Positions 39,890 through 49,854 are shown, counted from the stretch's first letter. The stretch is 64,000 nt of DNA from Promethearchaeota archaeon (GCA_048938105.1 JBHLMN010000001.1:384001-448000), one strand, 5' to 3'. Made by a program: numbers and translations. The notes: generated by a model not told the origin, from the sequence alone.

Positions 39890-40642
39890 ATGCAGGCAAA
39901 TTCCGACTTTGAAGTCATAAAAAGAGACCATCAAGGGGTTCCAGTAGTCAAAATAGTATTTTGGGGACCAACCTTAGCGGGAAAGACCACTGCACTCACT
40001 ATTACAAAAGTATTGAAGAGTCTAGAAGACCCTGAGAACGTTTATAAATTCTTAAAATTAGAAGATCCCACAGGTCGGACTTTATTTTTCGATCAGGCGA
40101 TTTTTGGCGTAGGGAAAACCGCTGCTGGATTACCAATTCTAAAATACCATCTTTTTACTGTTCCTGGCCAAGAACGACATGCTGGACAACGAAAAGTCGT
40201 TTTACGTGGAGCACATGGTTTGATTGTCGTCATTGACTCCGAGAAATCCCGATGGGAAGAAAATAAGTTCTCTTTACGGGAAATTAACACTCTTGCTGGT
40301 GATAAGCTAGCTAGTGGTACGTTACCTTACCACATTATGTTAAATAAGATGGATCTTCCACGAGAACAACGAATTTCATCACTAGAAGTAGGAAAATTAT
40401 TGAGTGAATCTGGAGTTGCAGCAAGTCTTCGAGATGCAGCTGTTAGAATAGTTGAAGTATCATGTCTCGAAGCAAGGGATGACTTAAAAGCACTTCTCTC
40501 AAAAAGTGACCGAAGTACGATCGTAGATGCTGATGGAAAGTTAAGAAAAGAAGTTCGACCGTTAAGTGTCACCCGTGTCATTAAATCTGTTGAAAGCCTG
40601 ATTCGTGAAATTATCATCCAAATGATGAAACAACAAAGTTAG
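39890..40642 (+). CDS. MglA-family small GTPase
   Basis: KIVFWGPTLAGKTT, RTLFFD, TVPGQ (MglA-type G3), NKMD. Confidence 0.85.
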   Translation: MQANSDFEVIKRDHQGVPVVKIVFWGPTLAGKTTALTITKVLKSLEDPENVYKFLKLEDPTGRTLFFDQAIFGVGKTAAGLPILKYHLFTVPGQERHAGQRKVVLRGAHGLIVVIDSEKSRWEENKFSLREINTLAGDKLASGTLPYHIMLNKMDLPREQRISSLEVGKLLSESGVAASLRDAAVRIVEVSCLEARDDLKALLSKSDRSTIVDADGKLRKEVRPLSVTRVIKSVESLIREIIIQMMKQQS

Positions 40643-40758
40643 TGAAAAAGAGTGAAATTACTTTCAAGATAACGACAAAGATTTCATCTTATTCTTCTGT
40701 CTTTTTCCTCTCAACTTCCTAATCTATTTAAGATATTTCACAAGGAGAGATCAACTCT

Positions 40759-41388
40759 GTGAGAATCTCTATAACGAGTCCAAATGTTATTTCAATCGCT
40801 ATAAGAGAGTTTCAAAAGGGATCAATTATTGTTTTCCCAACTGACACAAGTTACGGGTTAGGAACAGTTGGATTGAAGTGGAATGATAAAAATATAAAAC
40901 GAATATATAAAATTAAATCAAGGGAACTTGATAATCCCCTTAGTCTTCTCATCACAAAGACTATGGTTTCAAAATACATTGAGATGTCATCAGGGACTCG
41001 GGAGCTATTAATGAAAGTGTGGCCAGGTGAGCTCACAGCGGTATTGAATTGTGATTCTAAGGCTTCTCAGACCTTATCCTCATTTTTAAACATGAATAAT
41101 CCAAAAAAAATTGCGTTTCGTGTTCCCAAACACAATCTTTTATTAAAGATTATTGAAAAGGTTGATTGTCCAATCATTGGAACCTCTGCTAATAGATCAG
41201 GTTCAGAACCAAAATATGATCTTCCCTCAATTATTCAGGAACTTCCCCCAAAGGAAATTGATCTTTGGATAGATTCAGGAATATTAAAAGAGAATCCTCC
41301 TTCCACTGTGGTTGATCTCACTGATCCATTGAATCCAATCATTCTTCGAAAAGGAAATGTTGAGATCGAGAAGTTTTTGGGGAAGTAA
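40759..41388 (+). CDS. sua5: Threonylcarbamoyl-AMP synthase (YrdC/TsaC domain only)
   Basis: FPTDTSYGL, KSR..NPL, WPG.LT, GTSANRSG, PSTVVD. Confidence 0.92.
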   Translation: MRISITSPNVISIAIREFQKGSIIVFPTDTSYGLGTVGLKWNDKNIKRIYKIKSRELDNPLSLLITKTMVSKYIEMSSGTRELLMKVWPGELTAVLNCDSKASQTLSSFLNMNNPKKIAFRVPKHNLLLKIIEKVDCPIIGTSANRSGSEPKYDLPSIIQELPPKEIDLWIDSGILKENPPSTVVDLTDPLNPIILRKGNVEIEKFLGK

Positions 41389-41443
41389 AGTGTGAATCTG
41401 AAACTTTAATAATAACATCATAAGGAAGAAAGAATGAATAAGT

Positions 41444-43402
41444 ATGATTAGTCAAGAGACTTCAAGTGACATTCTTGTGATCCATCAAAACAAGATTGTC
41501 TTTAGCTCTGGTCAGGGACCCCTGACGAAGCACTCAAAGATTAGTGCAACAGTAACTCAAGTACTCACCCTGTTTTCTGAACGTATAATGAAAGGAGAGC
41601 AAATTCATTTCATTCGTTTTGAAAAACACCGTATGATTTTTCTGTTCTCTCAAAAAATCAAAGAAAATCAATTAGTTGCTACTGTTTTAATTCCTATCGA
41701 ACGAAGTGCTAGACAAGTCATACCTGCCATGAGTATTATTTTGCATATGCTAGAGGAATTCTATAAAGGCAATATTGAAGATGCAAAAAATAGTCAATTA
41801 GATTGTTTTTATCAGATTCTATCCTCGCCAGAAAATTCGCTTATTATCGTTCCAAGATCTCCTGAAGGAATATTAGCTGCTCTAATCATATTGACCGCCT
41901 TTGCTCATGACATGCAACTTGGGGTTCAGAGGATTGCCTCTAATTTACACTTTGTGGATCCTAATAACCCAATAGAACTGAATGAGATTGTTCGTATATC
42001 TGAAACTAATAGGATCCTTTCTTTCGTCCCTCTTCCTGGAGGAGAAGATAATGCCAATATCCTTCTATTTGGTTTGGCCTCACCTCGCAGACAATACTTC
42101 TCTGCTTATCCTGATGAGCAAATTTATGATGTTATTAGTCGCATTTTCGGAAATCAATCTAATGCAGCAAAAATGAGAAAATTTATTGCAAATAAAGATG
42201 CACAAGAAATTGCACAATCAATCTCTCTTCTTCCTCAATCTGAAGATGATTTTGTTCGTAAAGAAGTTCTTTTATCCACTGTTTTACAACCTGGTAAAGA
42301 TATAATTGTTACTATGACAACTCCAGTTATGCAAAAACTCCGAAACTTAGCTTCTACTACTCCCATTACTGAAAAAGTTCCTGTTATTAAGGAAACCCCT
42401 GCTTTCAAGGAACCTCCTATTGTTAAAGAAACTCCTGTTATCAGGGAAACTCCTGTCGCTAAAGAGACGCTTTTCACGAAAGAAGTTCCTAAGTCAACTA
42501 CTGATCTCGAAAGCATACCAATTCAATCTCCTGTTAAAATATCCAAAGAAGGCCAACAAGGGCTAAAGCATACAGATTTTGAATTAGACACAACATTAGA
42601 GCTAGTTGCAGAACCAGACGCGATTCCAGAAGAAACACAAAAATTGGTAACTAAACCTATCGAGACCATACCAGTAAGACATGTTGATGTTGATAGCGAT
42701 GTTTTAGCGCGCTTAGATGAATCAAGAAGAAGGGGGTTTGAATATAGATTAGATTCAGTTCCCTTGATAATTGATACTACTCCTTACGTAATTAATATGC
42801 CAGAAACTCAGAATTTACCTTTTCAAGAATCTAGTATTACTATCAGGCTTTTTCAGGAAAGAAATGGTCATTTTGTAATACATATTTACACATTTCTTGA
42901 TCGCTTGTCTGCTTTGAGAAACTCTTTAGAAGATCTTTCAATTAGGATTGGAGGAGAAACTCACTTAAGAGAAAATCATGTCTCTTTAGAAGGCCCTATT
43001 GATAAACAACAATTGGTTCTTCGAGCATTACTATGGTTAGGCATTATAGAATATCTTACACAAGTTGAAATAAAATTACAAAAGCTTCCGAGATTATTTG
43101 AGATTCCTAATGAAGGTTCAATCCTAATTATTCCCCCAAAAAGAGAATACATAAAGGAAAAAATTCCTAGCAAATTTCAGAACTTCGTTGAAGAATTGAA
43201 AATCCGCAACCAAATTGAACAAGAAGAACTCTGGACACTAGGAAAAGCTCAAAATGAAATCATCTCCCAAATAATGTCTCCTCTCAAACATGGAGAAGGC
43301 GTAGTTTTCATAGCTTCCGAAAATAACCAAGAAATGGAAGAAATAGCCTTATTTCTATTATATGTTTCTGAAATCTGTGGTATTGGATTTTCGAGATGGT
43401 AA
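41444..43402 (+). CDS. Hypothetical multidomain protein; N-terminal longin-like + DENN-like region, KETP repeat linker
   Basis: First ~110 aa follow a beta-beta-alpha-beta-beta-beta-alpha longin pattern; then YQILSSPENSLIIVP..ILAALIIL; (K/R)E(T/P)P repeats near 42370-42490. Confidence 0.45.
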   Translation: MISQETSSDILVIHQNKIVFSSGQGPLTKHSKISATVTQVLTLFSERIMKGEQIHFIRFEKHRMIFLFSQKIKENQLVATVLIPIERSARQVIPAMSIILHMLEEFYKGNIEDAKNSQLDCFYQILSSPENSLIIVPRSPEGILAALIILTAFAHDMQLGVQRIASNLHFVDPNNPIELNEIVRISETNRILSFVPLPGGEDNANILLFGLASPRRQYFSAYPDEQIYDVISRIFGNQSNAAKMRKFIANKDAQEIAQSISLLPQSEDDFVRKEVLLSTVLQPGKDIIVTMTTPVMQKLRNLASTTPITEKVPVIKETPAFKEPPIVKETPVIRETPVAKETLFTKEVPKSTTDLESIPIQSPVKISKEGQQGLKHTDFELDTTLELVAEPDAIPEETQKLVTKPIETIPVRHVDVDSDVLARLDESRRRGFEYRLDSVPLIIDTTPYVINMPETQNLPFQESSITIRLFQERNGHFVIHIYTFLDRLSALRNSLEDLSIRIGGETHLRENHVSLEGPIDKQQLVLRALLWLGIIEYLTQVEIKLQKLPRLFEIPNEGSILIIPPKREYIKEKIPSKFQNFVEELKIRNQIEQEELWTLGKAQNEIISQIMSPLKHGEGVVFIASENNQEMEEIALFLLYVSEICGIGFSRW

Positions 43403-43404
43403 GA

Positions 43405-43575
43405 AAGGCTAAAGGAAATCCTCGGCGAAGGCTGCTATTATATCGGTCAGCAGAGGCCTACCCGTAGCAATGATGCTGAATACCGTCCGGAATGGCAGAA
43501 AAGCTTATTGCTGAAATCTTTGTCGTATTTCTGGCCAATTCACCTTCCCATCTCCTATTATTCCAGTGAAATGCC
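43405..43575. ncRNA. Candidate small structured RNA
   Basis: GC-richer gap between convergent genes; stems CTGCT/AGCAG and TAGCAATGA/TTATTGCTG; box C-like ATGATG and box D CTGA. Confidence 0.35.
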
Positions 43576-43577
43576 GT

Positions 43578-44264
43578 TTAAAAATTATATTTGGGCTGGC
43601 ATTGAATTTTTACAATCTCAAAGTACCCTTCCTCACGATATTCATCCCAATGAACCTTAGATTTAAGAATTTCCAAATGTGCTGGAAAAAATGGAGCATC
43701 TAAAACGAATGATTCAAATTCTCCACCTTCACCAACCATTGATAAATCAGATTCAGGAACATTTTGTTGAAGTGTTTTTAATAACTCAGGAGTGATTTTC
43801 TTTCCTAGAAATTCTTTCTTCAACCCCATACCAGAAACAGAGGAAATTATGATATGAAACTTATTATCTAATAGTTCAGATAACAAGATCTTAGGAGATA
43901 TTCTCCATAAAGGGGAAAAACATTTCATATTCGCTAGCTGAGCTGCGCGATTGAACTTATATCGTTGAAATTCTGAACGTATTCCCCCTGTAATTACCGC
44001 ATCTGCTCCAGATTTAAGTAAAGCAGACTTTAAAGTGATTATTTCTTTTTCAACATCGCAAGTATCGATCATTATGGTCTGATGCGGAATGTCCAGGATA
44101 TTAGCGACCATAGCCACATGCTGACTGTTTGGTATATGAAAAAGTAAACTTTCTAAGCATGAAGATATAACAGTGAGAATTGATATTACCTCAAATTGAT
44201 GTAACGCTAGCCATAAAGCTAAAATGGAATCTTTACCCCCTGAAACAAGTGTAGTGACTTTCAC
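43578..44264 (-). CDS. dph6: Diphthine--ammonia ligase family PP-loop ATPase
   Basis: SGGKDS, S..FH, SEFQ, PLW, GEGGEFES. Confidence 0.88.
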   Translation of the reverse strand: MKVTTLVSGGKDSILALWLALHQFEVISILTVISSCLESLLFHIPNSQHVAMVANILDIPHQTIMIDTCDVEKEIITLKSALLKSGADAVITGGIRSEFQRYKFNRAAQLANMKCFSPLWRISPKILLSELLDNKFHIIISSVSGMGLKKEFLGKKITPELLKTLQQNVPESDLSMVGEGGEFESFVLDAPFFPAHLEILKSKVHWDEYREEGYFEIVKIQCQPKYNF

Positions 44265-44423
44265 AATAAATCAACTCTATTATTTCAAGAGAGTGAAATG
44301 TCCTCTTGGAAATTTATATCTTCTCTTTTCAAATCCCTTTCCTCGTAATTAAATTAAGCTTCTATTGGTATAATTTTATTTATCTATTCTTTAATTGTCA
44401 TTATTTTCCAAGAAATTAAAAAT

Positions 44424-45371
44424 ATGAAAATTCGATTCTTAGAGAGAGAAGAATTGTCTATAGAAATTGTTGAAGAAATAGAATTGCTCAAAAAGGAGCG
44501 TAATGCCCTTCTATTGGTACATAACTATCAGGATCCCAAGATTCAGGAACTTGGGGATTTTATAGGTGATAGTTTTCAATTAGCTCGGAGAGCAAAATTC
44601 ACAGATAACGATATCATTGTATTTGCGGGTGCCGAGTTCATGGCAGAGACTGCTGCTATTTTAAACCCCAATAAGAAGGTTTTAATTCCATCCCTTATGG
44701 CCAAGTGCCCTATGGCACATATGCTCTCTCCAAAGGAAATGAAATATTATAGAACTCAATATCCAAACGCCACTATTGCAGTCTATGTAAATACTACTGC
44801 TGAAACAAAAGCCATGGCCGATGTTTGTATTACTTCTGGAAATGCTGTTAAAATAATAAGGAACCTTGATAAGAAACAAGTTCTAGTAGGGCCTGACACA
44901 AATCTTGCTTACTACATTCAACAACAAATCCCTGATATAGAAATTATACCTTTTCCACAAGATGGGCATTGTTACGTTCACCGGAAATTTAATCCTTCTG
45001 ATATTGAAAAATTAAAAGCTAAATTCCCTGACGCGGAAATTCTTGCCCATCCAGAGGTTGGCCCTTCAGTTCAAAAGCTTACTAATAAAATCTATTCAAC
45101 TAATGGCATGTTAAAAGAGGTTGACAAATCCTCGGCTGAAAAGTTCATTATTGTGACTGAAAATGGGCTAGTAGATCGTTTAAGATCAGATTTTCCTACT
45201 AAAATATTCATTCCTACTCGTAAAGATGCGATCTGTATCCAACAAAAGAATATTACTACTTATAATCTATATCTTTCACTTCTGAATGACCAATATCGAA
45301 TTCAAATTCCACCAAATGTTGCTAAAAAAGCTCGTCTGCCCATCGAGCGAATGATCGAGCTTTCAGGATAA
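44424..45371 (+). CDS. nadA: Quinolinate synthase
   Basis: HNYQ, GDS, FMAETA, CPMA, YVNT, CYVH, AHPE. Confidence 0.96.
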   Translation: MKIRFLEREELSIEIVEEIELLKKERNALLLVHNYQDPKIQELGDFIGDSFQLARRAKFTDNDIIVFAGAEFMAETAAILNPNKKVLIPSLMAKCPMAHMLSPKEMKYYRTQYPNATIAVYVNTTAETKAMADVCITSGNAVKIIRNLDKKQVLVGPDTNLAYYIQQQIPDIEIIPFPQDGHCYVHRKFNPSDIEKLKAKFPDAEILAHPEVGPSVQKLTNKIYSTNGMLKEVDKSSAEKFIIVTENGLVDRLRSDFPTKIFIPTRKDAICIQQKNITTYNLYLSLLNDQYRIQIPPNVAKKARLPIERMIELSG

Positions 45372-45388
45372 GTAAAAGAGGTCTCATC

Positions 45389-46288
45389 ATGTCATTTATT
45401 CCTCCAAAATTATTGGAACAAAGACTCCTTCAATTCCTCCAGGAAGATATTCAATATGGAGATATTACTAGCGAATTAGTCCCAAACATACAGGTTCATG
45501 CTAATTTGGTCTCTAACCAAGAAGGAGTTCTTTGTGGATTAGATTTTGCTAAGATTATTCTAGAATCATTAAATATTGAAGTTTCAAGTTTATTCAAAGA
45601 TGGAGACATTATCAGAAATGGGGATGTAATTTTGCAGTTACGAGGCTTGAGTCGGGCAATTCTCGTCTCAGAACGTACTATCCTAAATCTAATGATGCGG
45701 CTTTCAGGAATTGCTACTCAAACACGAAATCTGGTAGAAAAAGTTGAAAAATCAGGACACGCCATAAGGATCGCTTCTACGCGAAAAACAACTCCAGGAT
45801 TTCGATTTTTTGAAAAATATGCTATAAAAGTCGGAGGAGGAGATCCCCACAGATGGAATTTATCTGATACCATATTGATTAAAAAAAATCATCTCAGAAT
45901 AATTGGAGAGGAGGCTATTCCCTCAATCTTCAATCAGTTAAAAAATAAAACTTCTTTTACAAAGAAGGTTGATGTTGAGGTAGAAAATATATCTGAATTG
46001 AAGATAGCTTTGAAGTTTTCCCCAGATATAATTATGTTAGATAATTTTTCTATTGAGGAAATTGAGACTGCAACTGAAATTGTACAGCAGGAATCAACAC
46101 AAGTACGTCCACTTATAGAAGTTAGTGGAGGAATCTCTAAAGAGAACATAGATTTATACCTCATTCCTGGTATTGATATTATTTCTATGGGAAGTCTTAC
46201 TCACTCTGTTGAAGCTATTGATTTTTCGCTAAAAATCATGAAAACCGCTTCACCAACCCCTTTTGGAGAAATTAATAGTGATAATTAA
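45389..46288 (+). CDS. nadC: Quinolinate phosphoribosyltransferase
   Basis: ED...GDIT, SGIAT, TRKTTPG, HR, EVE, IMLDN, SGGI. Confidence 0.96.
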   Translation: MSFIPPKLLEQRLLQFLQEDIQYGDITSELVPNIQVHANLVSNQEGVLCGLDFAKIILESLNIEVSSLFKDGDIIRNGDVILQLRGLSRAILVSERTILNLMMRLSGIATQTRNLVEKVEKSGHAIRIASTRKTTPGFRFFEKYAIKVGGGDPHRWNLSDTILIKKNHLRIIGEEAIPSIFNQLKNKTSFTKKVDVEVENISELKIALKFSPDIIMLDNFSIEEIETATEIVQQESTQVRPLIEVSGGISKENIDLYLIPGIDIISMGSLTHSVEAIDFSLKIMKTASPTPFGEINSDN

Positions 46289-46532
46289 CTTGTTTCGTGG
46301 CTTATGTATTGCCTTTTTATCCGCTATAATTATAGCTTTTGTGATTTTCATTTTTTCACCATTACTACCTTTCAACATCTTTGAAGGGCCATTAGGATTG
46401 TTATTCTTTCTTGTAGTTATAGGATTATCCTTTATAGTGTATATTGTTCTACCCCCTGAATATTCATCTGATAATTCTACCTTAAGAAACACGAAGACAA
46501 ATCAGATTCAAAAATCAGAGAATTCCAATTAA
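46263..46532 (+). CDS. Small two-TM membrane protein
   Basis: Two hydrophobic helices; same orientation as the flanking genes. Confidence 0.55.
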   Translation: MEKLIVIINLFRGLCIAFLSAIIIAFVIFIFSPLLPFNIFEGPLGLLFFLVVIGLSFIVYIVLPPEYSSDNSTLRNTKTNQIQKSENSN

Positions 46533-46548
46533 GAAAGAAGGCCTTAGC

Positions 46549-47274
46549 ATGTCTAAAAATCAAGGATTTCAGTCTAAAAGAGCAGTTATGGAATCATCAT
46601 TCATTTCGAAGACCAGTTGCATATATGGACCCTCTAAAATCAAAAAAAAATCAATCATTGACTCTTATGTTGTTATAGGATATCCTACGAGAGAGAAAAT
46701 CAAACAATTACCTCTAAATAACGAAGAGCAATTAGACCTTGAAAATTATTATGATAAAATTTCAATTGGTTCCATAATTGGTGAAAGTAATCACATTCGA
46801 CCTTTTACGACTATTTATGAAACCTCTTCTCTGGGAAACCACGTCGAAACAGGAACAAATGTTATTATTAGAGAAAAATGTCAAATTGGGTCTGGGAGTA
46901 TCATTGGAAGCGGTACAGTTCTTGATAGTGGAGTAATGATTGGAAAAAAGGCACGAATCCAATCGAATAACTTTATTCCCCCAAAAATAACACTAGGAGA
47001 CAATATTTTTCTTGGTCCAGGTGTGCAATTTGCTAATGATACGTATCCTGTAAGTAGAAAATTAGTAAAAACTATTGTAGAAGATAATGCAATTATTGGG
47101 ATCGGAGCTATTATATTAGCAGGAATAACTATTGAGAATGGAGCTGTCATCGCAGCTGGTTCTCTTGTTACTAAGAATGTCCCTAGTGGCCACGTTATGA
47201 TGGGAACTCCCGCAAGATGTGTTATGACTCGAGAAGAATATGATTTGAAACAAAAGAATTATGAAAGATTATAA
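46549..47274 (+). CDS. Hexapeptide-repeat (left-handed beta-helix) acyltransferase, sugar N-acetyltransferase-like
   Basis: IG/LG hexapeptide repeats, GPGVQFAND, AGSLVTKNVP..GTPAR. Confidence 0.88.
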   Translation: MSKNQGFQSKRAVMESSFISKTSCIYGPSKIKKKSIIDSYVVIGYPTREKIKQLPLNNEEQLDLENYYDKISIGSIIGESNHIRPFTTIYETSSLGNHVETGTNVIIREKCQIGSGSIIGSGTVLDSGVMIGKKARIQSNNFIPPKITLGDNIFLGPGVQFANDTYPVSRKLVKTIVEDNAIIGIGAIILAGITIENGAVIAAGSLVTKNVPSGHVMMGTPARCVMTREEYDLKQKNYERL

Positions 47275-47354
47275 AAGAGGTCGCTAGGAACTCCCTTAAT
47301 TTATATGGGTAGAGAATCGAAGAATTCCTTTCTAAAAATATATCTTAAACGAAA

Positions 47355-47654
47355 TCAAAGAGGGGGGCAGCTACACGGATTGGCGCTACATTTAGGGCAA
47401 CAAGAAGGATATTTTCTCCATGCAGCAGTTTCTATATCTATATTAAGAAGATTACAAATAGAACAAAGCCATGCGAATACATCAGCTACTTCTTCTTCTA
47501 GGGAATTTTGATCATGATTTAAGTAAGCTTCTATTAGTTCCCCAATTTCTGTATATAACCACAATAGGCTTTTCTCAATACCTCTTTTCTGGTCTCGTTC
47601 TCCATAAAGTGTGAACATTAGCTCTTGAAATTCGTGAATTGAGTGATTTGCCAC
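47355..47654 (-). CDS. MazG-like nucleotide pyrophosphohydrolase
   Basis: EIGEL..A, EEEVADVFAWL, C-terminal CPKC..PCSC. Confidence 0.9.
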   Translation of the reverse strand: MANHSIHEFQELMFTLYGERDQKRGIEKSLLWLYTEIGELIEAYLNHDQNSLEEEVADVFAWLCSICNLLNIDIETAAWRKYPSCCPKCSANPCSCPPL

Positions 47655-47667
47655 TATATACTCTCCT

Positions 47668-48684
47668 CTATATCAATTGAACCTTTGAGTGATCACCAAT
47701 GTTTAAATCATATCCTTTTCCGATCAGTTTGACCTTATCACCAATAAGTGAGTCATGAATATTTGTATTACAAATACGGGAATAATTTCCGACGATTGAA
47801 GACGAAATTATTGACTTCTCAACAATTGTACCTTTATCAATACTTACATAAGGACCAATAATAGAGTTTGAGATGAGACAGTCCTCTTGAATCGCAACAG
47901 GAGGAATTATCGCTGTATTATCCAATTTACATTCAATTGAGGACATCTTACTTCTGTCTAATACAAATGTGTTTGCTGCTAAGAGGGCCTCTTTTTTACC
48001 ACAGTCAAACCATCTACCAGAGTTAATTATTCCAAGAATAGAGCCCTTTTTCACCATTATTTGAAGAGCATCGGTTAATTGCAATTCTCCTCCTTTTCCA
48101 ATTTGATTAGAAGTGACTAATTCTTGTAAGGCGTATTTTAATTTTAAAGAGTCCCGTATCATATAAACTCCAGTAATTGCTAGTGATGAGGTTGGATTCT
48201 CAGGTTTTTCTATTAATTGTTTCACTATATTAGAATCTTCATGGGTAGTAACGATACCATAAGCTTGAGGATTAGAAACTGACTTAACAGTGATTGCCCC
48301 CGTCCATTTGGGATGTTTTCTAAACTCATCAAGCATTAGAGAAAATGGATTCTCATAAAGACTATCTCCAAGGGTAATTAAAACGGGTTCCCCATCTAAA
48401 AAATCTACAGCTGTATATATTGCATGGCCTAAGCCTCTACGATTTTCCTGCTCTATGAAAGTATAATTACAGGTTTTTTCATAATTAGATTCTATATAGT
48501 TAATTAGCTTTTCTTTTTCGTAACCTACAATAATAATTATCTCTTTAATACCCGTTTCAATAAGGTTATCTAAAATATGGGAGATTAAGGGTTTATTTCC
48601 TAATGAAAGAAGAACTTTTGGTTTTGTGTTAGTATGCGGCCGTAATCTAGTTCCCTTTCCAGCAGCAGGTATGATACATCGCAC
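47668..48684 (-). CDS. Sugar-1-phosphate nucleotidyltransferase (RmlA long form / GCD1-like)
   Basis: AAGKGTRLRP..PK, GLGHA, EKP, GELQLTDA, WFDCG, C-terminal beta-helix. Confidence 0.92.
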   Translation of the reverse strand: MRCIIPAAGKGTRLRPHTNTKPKVLLSLGNKPLISHILDNLIETGIKEIIIIVGYEKEKLINYIESNYEKTCNYTFIEQENRRGLGHAIYTAVDFLDGEPVLITLGDSLYENPFSLMLDEFRKHPKWTGAITVKSVSNPQAYGIVTTHEDSNIVKQLIEKPENPTSSLAITGVYMIRDSLKLKYALQELVTSNQIGKGGELQLTDALQIMVKKGSILGIINSGRWFDCGKKEALLAANTFVLDRSKMSSIECKLDNTAIIPPVAIQEDCLISNSIIGPYVSIDKGTIVEKSIISSSIVGNYSRICNTNIHDSLIGDKVKLIGKGYDLNIGDHSKVQLI

Positions 48685-48788
48685 GATTACAACTCCATAA
48701 ATCAGGAATGTTAAGTTCTAGTTCTAAATCCATTGGATTGTCTTTAGTTATATCCTTTTAATTCATTCTTTTTTTTAGCTAATTCATA

Positions 48789-49826
48789 ATGATAACATTA
48801 GAAATACTCGTTACTGCTCTCCTTGCGCTAGTTATTTCCGCAATCATAACACGTGTTCTCATCCCATGGGTAATTGAGTCCTCTTTAAAACAGGGAATTA
48901 CAACAGTTGATGCTCATAAAAAAAATAGCCCCGAAATCGCTGAGTCAGGAGGATTAGCACCACTACTGGGATTTATCTTTACTATTCTTATTTTTGTATT
49001 TATTTGGGAAAACATCATCTCGGATTCTCAAGTAGAAATATTTGAATCCCTCTTAGCAGGGCTTCTGAGTGTAGTGATTGCTGGATTAATTGGATTCTTA
49101 GATGATATTTTCAAAATTCGATGGCGCGACAAAATATTGCTAGGATTTCTACCAGCAATCCCTCTAATGGCTCTGAAAGTTGGCAAAAGTAGTATCAACC
49201 TAGGAATCCTAGGTATTATTGACTTTGGTAACTTAATAAATCTACCTTATATTGGATACATTAATCTTTACAGTCTTATCATAATACCATTAGCAGTGAA
49301 TTTCGCATTCAATTCATTTAATATGCTTGCTGGTTTTAATGGATTAGAAGCTGGGAATGGAACAATCTCCTTGACCATAATTCTTATTGCAGCACTTTTT
49401 GTAGGCGACCCCATTGTTGTTCTTTTTGTAACCTCATTACTTGGTGGTTTTCTGGTTTTACTCAAATTTAATTGGTTTCCTGCAAAAATCCTGATTGGTG
49501 ATACAGGAACTCTAACTCTAGGAACAGGAATCATAGTTGCTCTAATCATCGGTAACATGGATAGGTTGGCGCCAGGACTATTCGGATTGCATTTTGTAAA
49601 TTTTTCATTGTTCTTTCTATATCTTATTACTCATCAAACTGCAAAGATAGCTACTATAGATGATGAAGGTAATATTAAGGCTCCATGTCCCTATACTGTA
49701 TATTGGTTCTTTCCATATTTTTGGAAAATTGGAGAAAAGAAGAATGTAATCATCCTTCTTTTAATTCATACAATTATATCTGTAAGCATCTTAATCGTCT
49801 CATTACCAGCGTTCTCTCCTGTTTAG
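48789..49826 (+). CDS. UDP-GlcNAc:dolichyl-phosphate GlcNAc-1-P transferase (AglH/ALG7-like, MraY/GPT family)
   Basis: DAHK..PEIAESGG, GFLDD, NSFNMLAGFNGLE, FNWFPAKILIGDTG. Confidence 0.88.
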   Translation: MITLEILVTALLALVISAIITRVLIPWVIESSLKQGITTVDAHKKNSPEIAESGGLAPLLGFIFTILIFVFIWENIISDSQVEIFESLLAGLLSVVIAGLIGFLDDIFKIRWRDKILLGFLPAIPLMALKVGKSSINLGILGIIDFGNLINLPYIGYINLYSLIIIPLAVNFAFNSFNMLAGFNGLEAGNGTISLTIILIAALFVGDPIVVLFVTSLLGGFLVLLKFNWFPAKILIGDTGTLTLGTGIIVALIIGNMDRLAPGLFGLHFVNFSLFFLYLITHQTAKIATIDDEGNIKAPCPYTVYWFFPYFWKIGEKKNVIILLLIHTIISVSILIVSLPAFSPV

Positions 49827-49854
49827 CTAAAAGAAGCATGTAGTTGTATCCCCT

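Noticed and set aside
43428-43545. SECIS element / selenoprotein recoding
   Set aside because: Stem above AUGA is too short for a SECIS, and no neighbouring gene shows an in-frame TGA at a Cys-like position
43561-43572. ORB-like TTCCAGTGAAAT
   Set aside because: Single imperfect copy, no G-string and no adjacent orc1/cdc6
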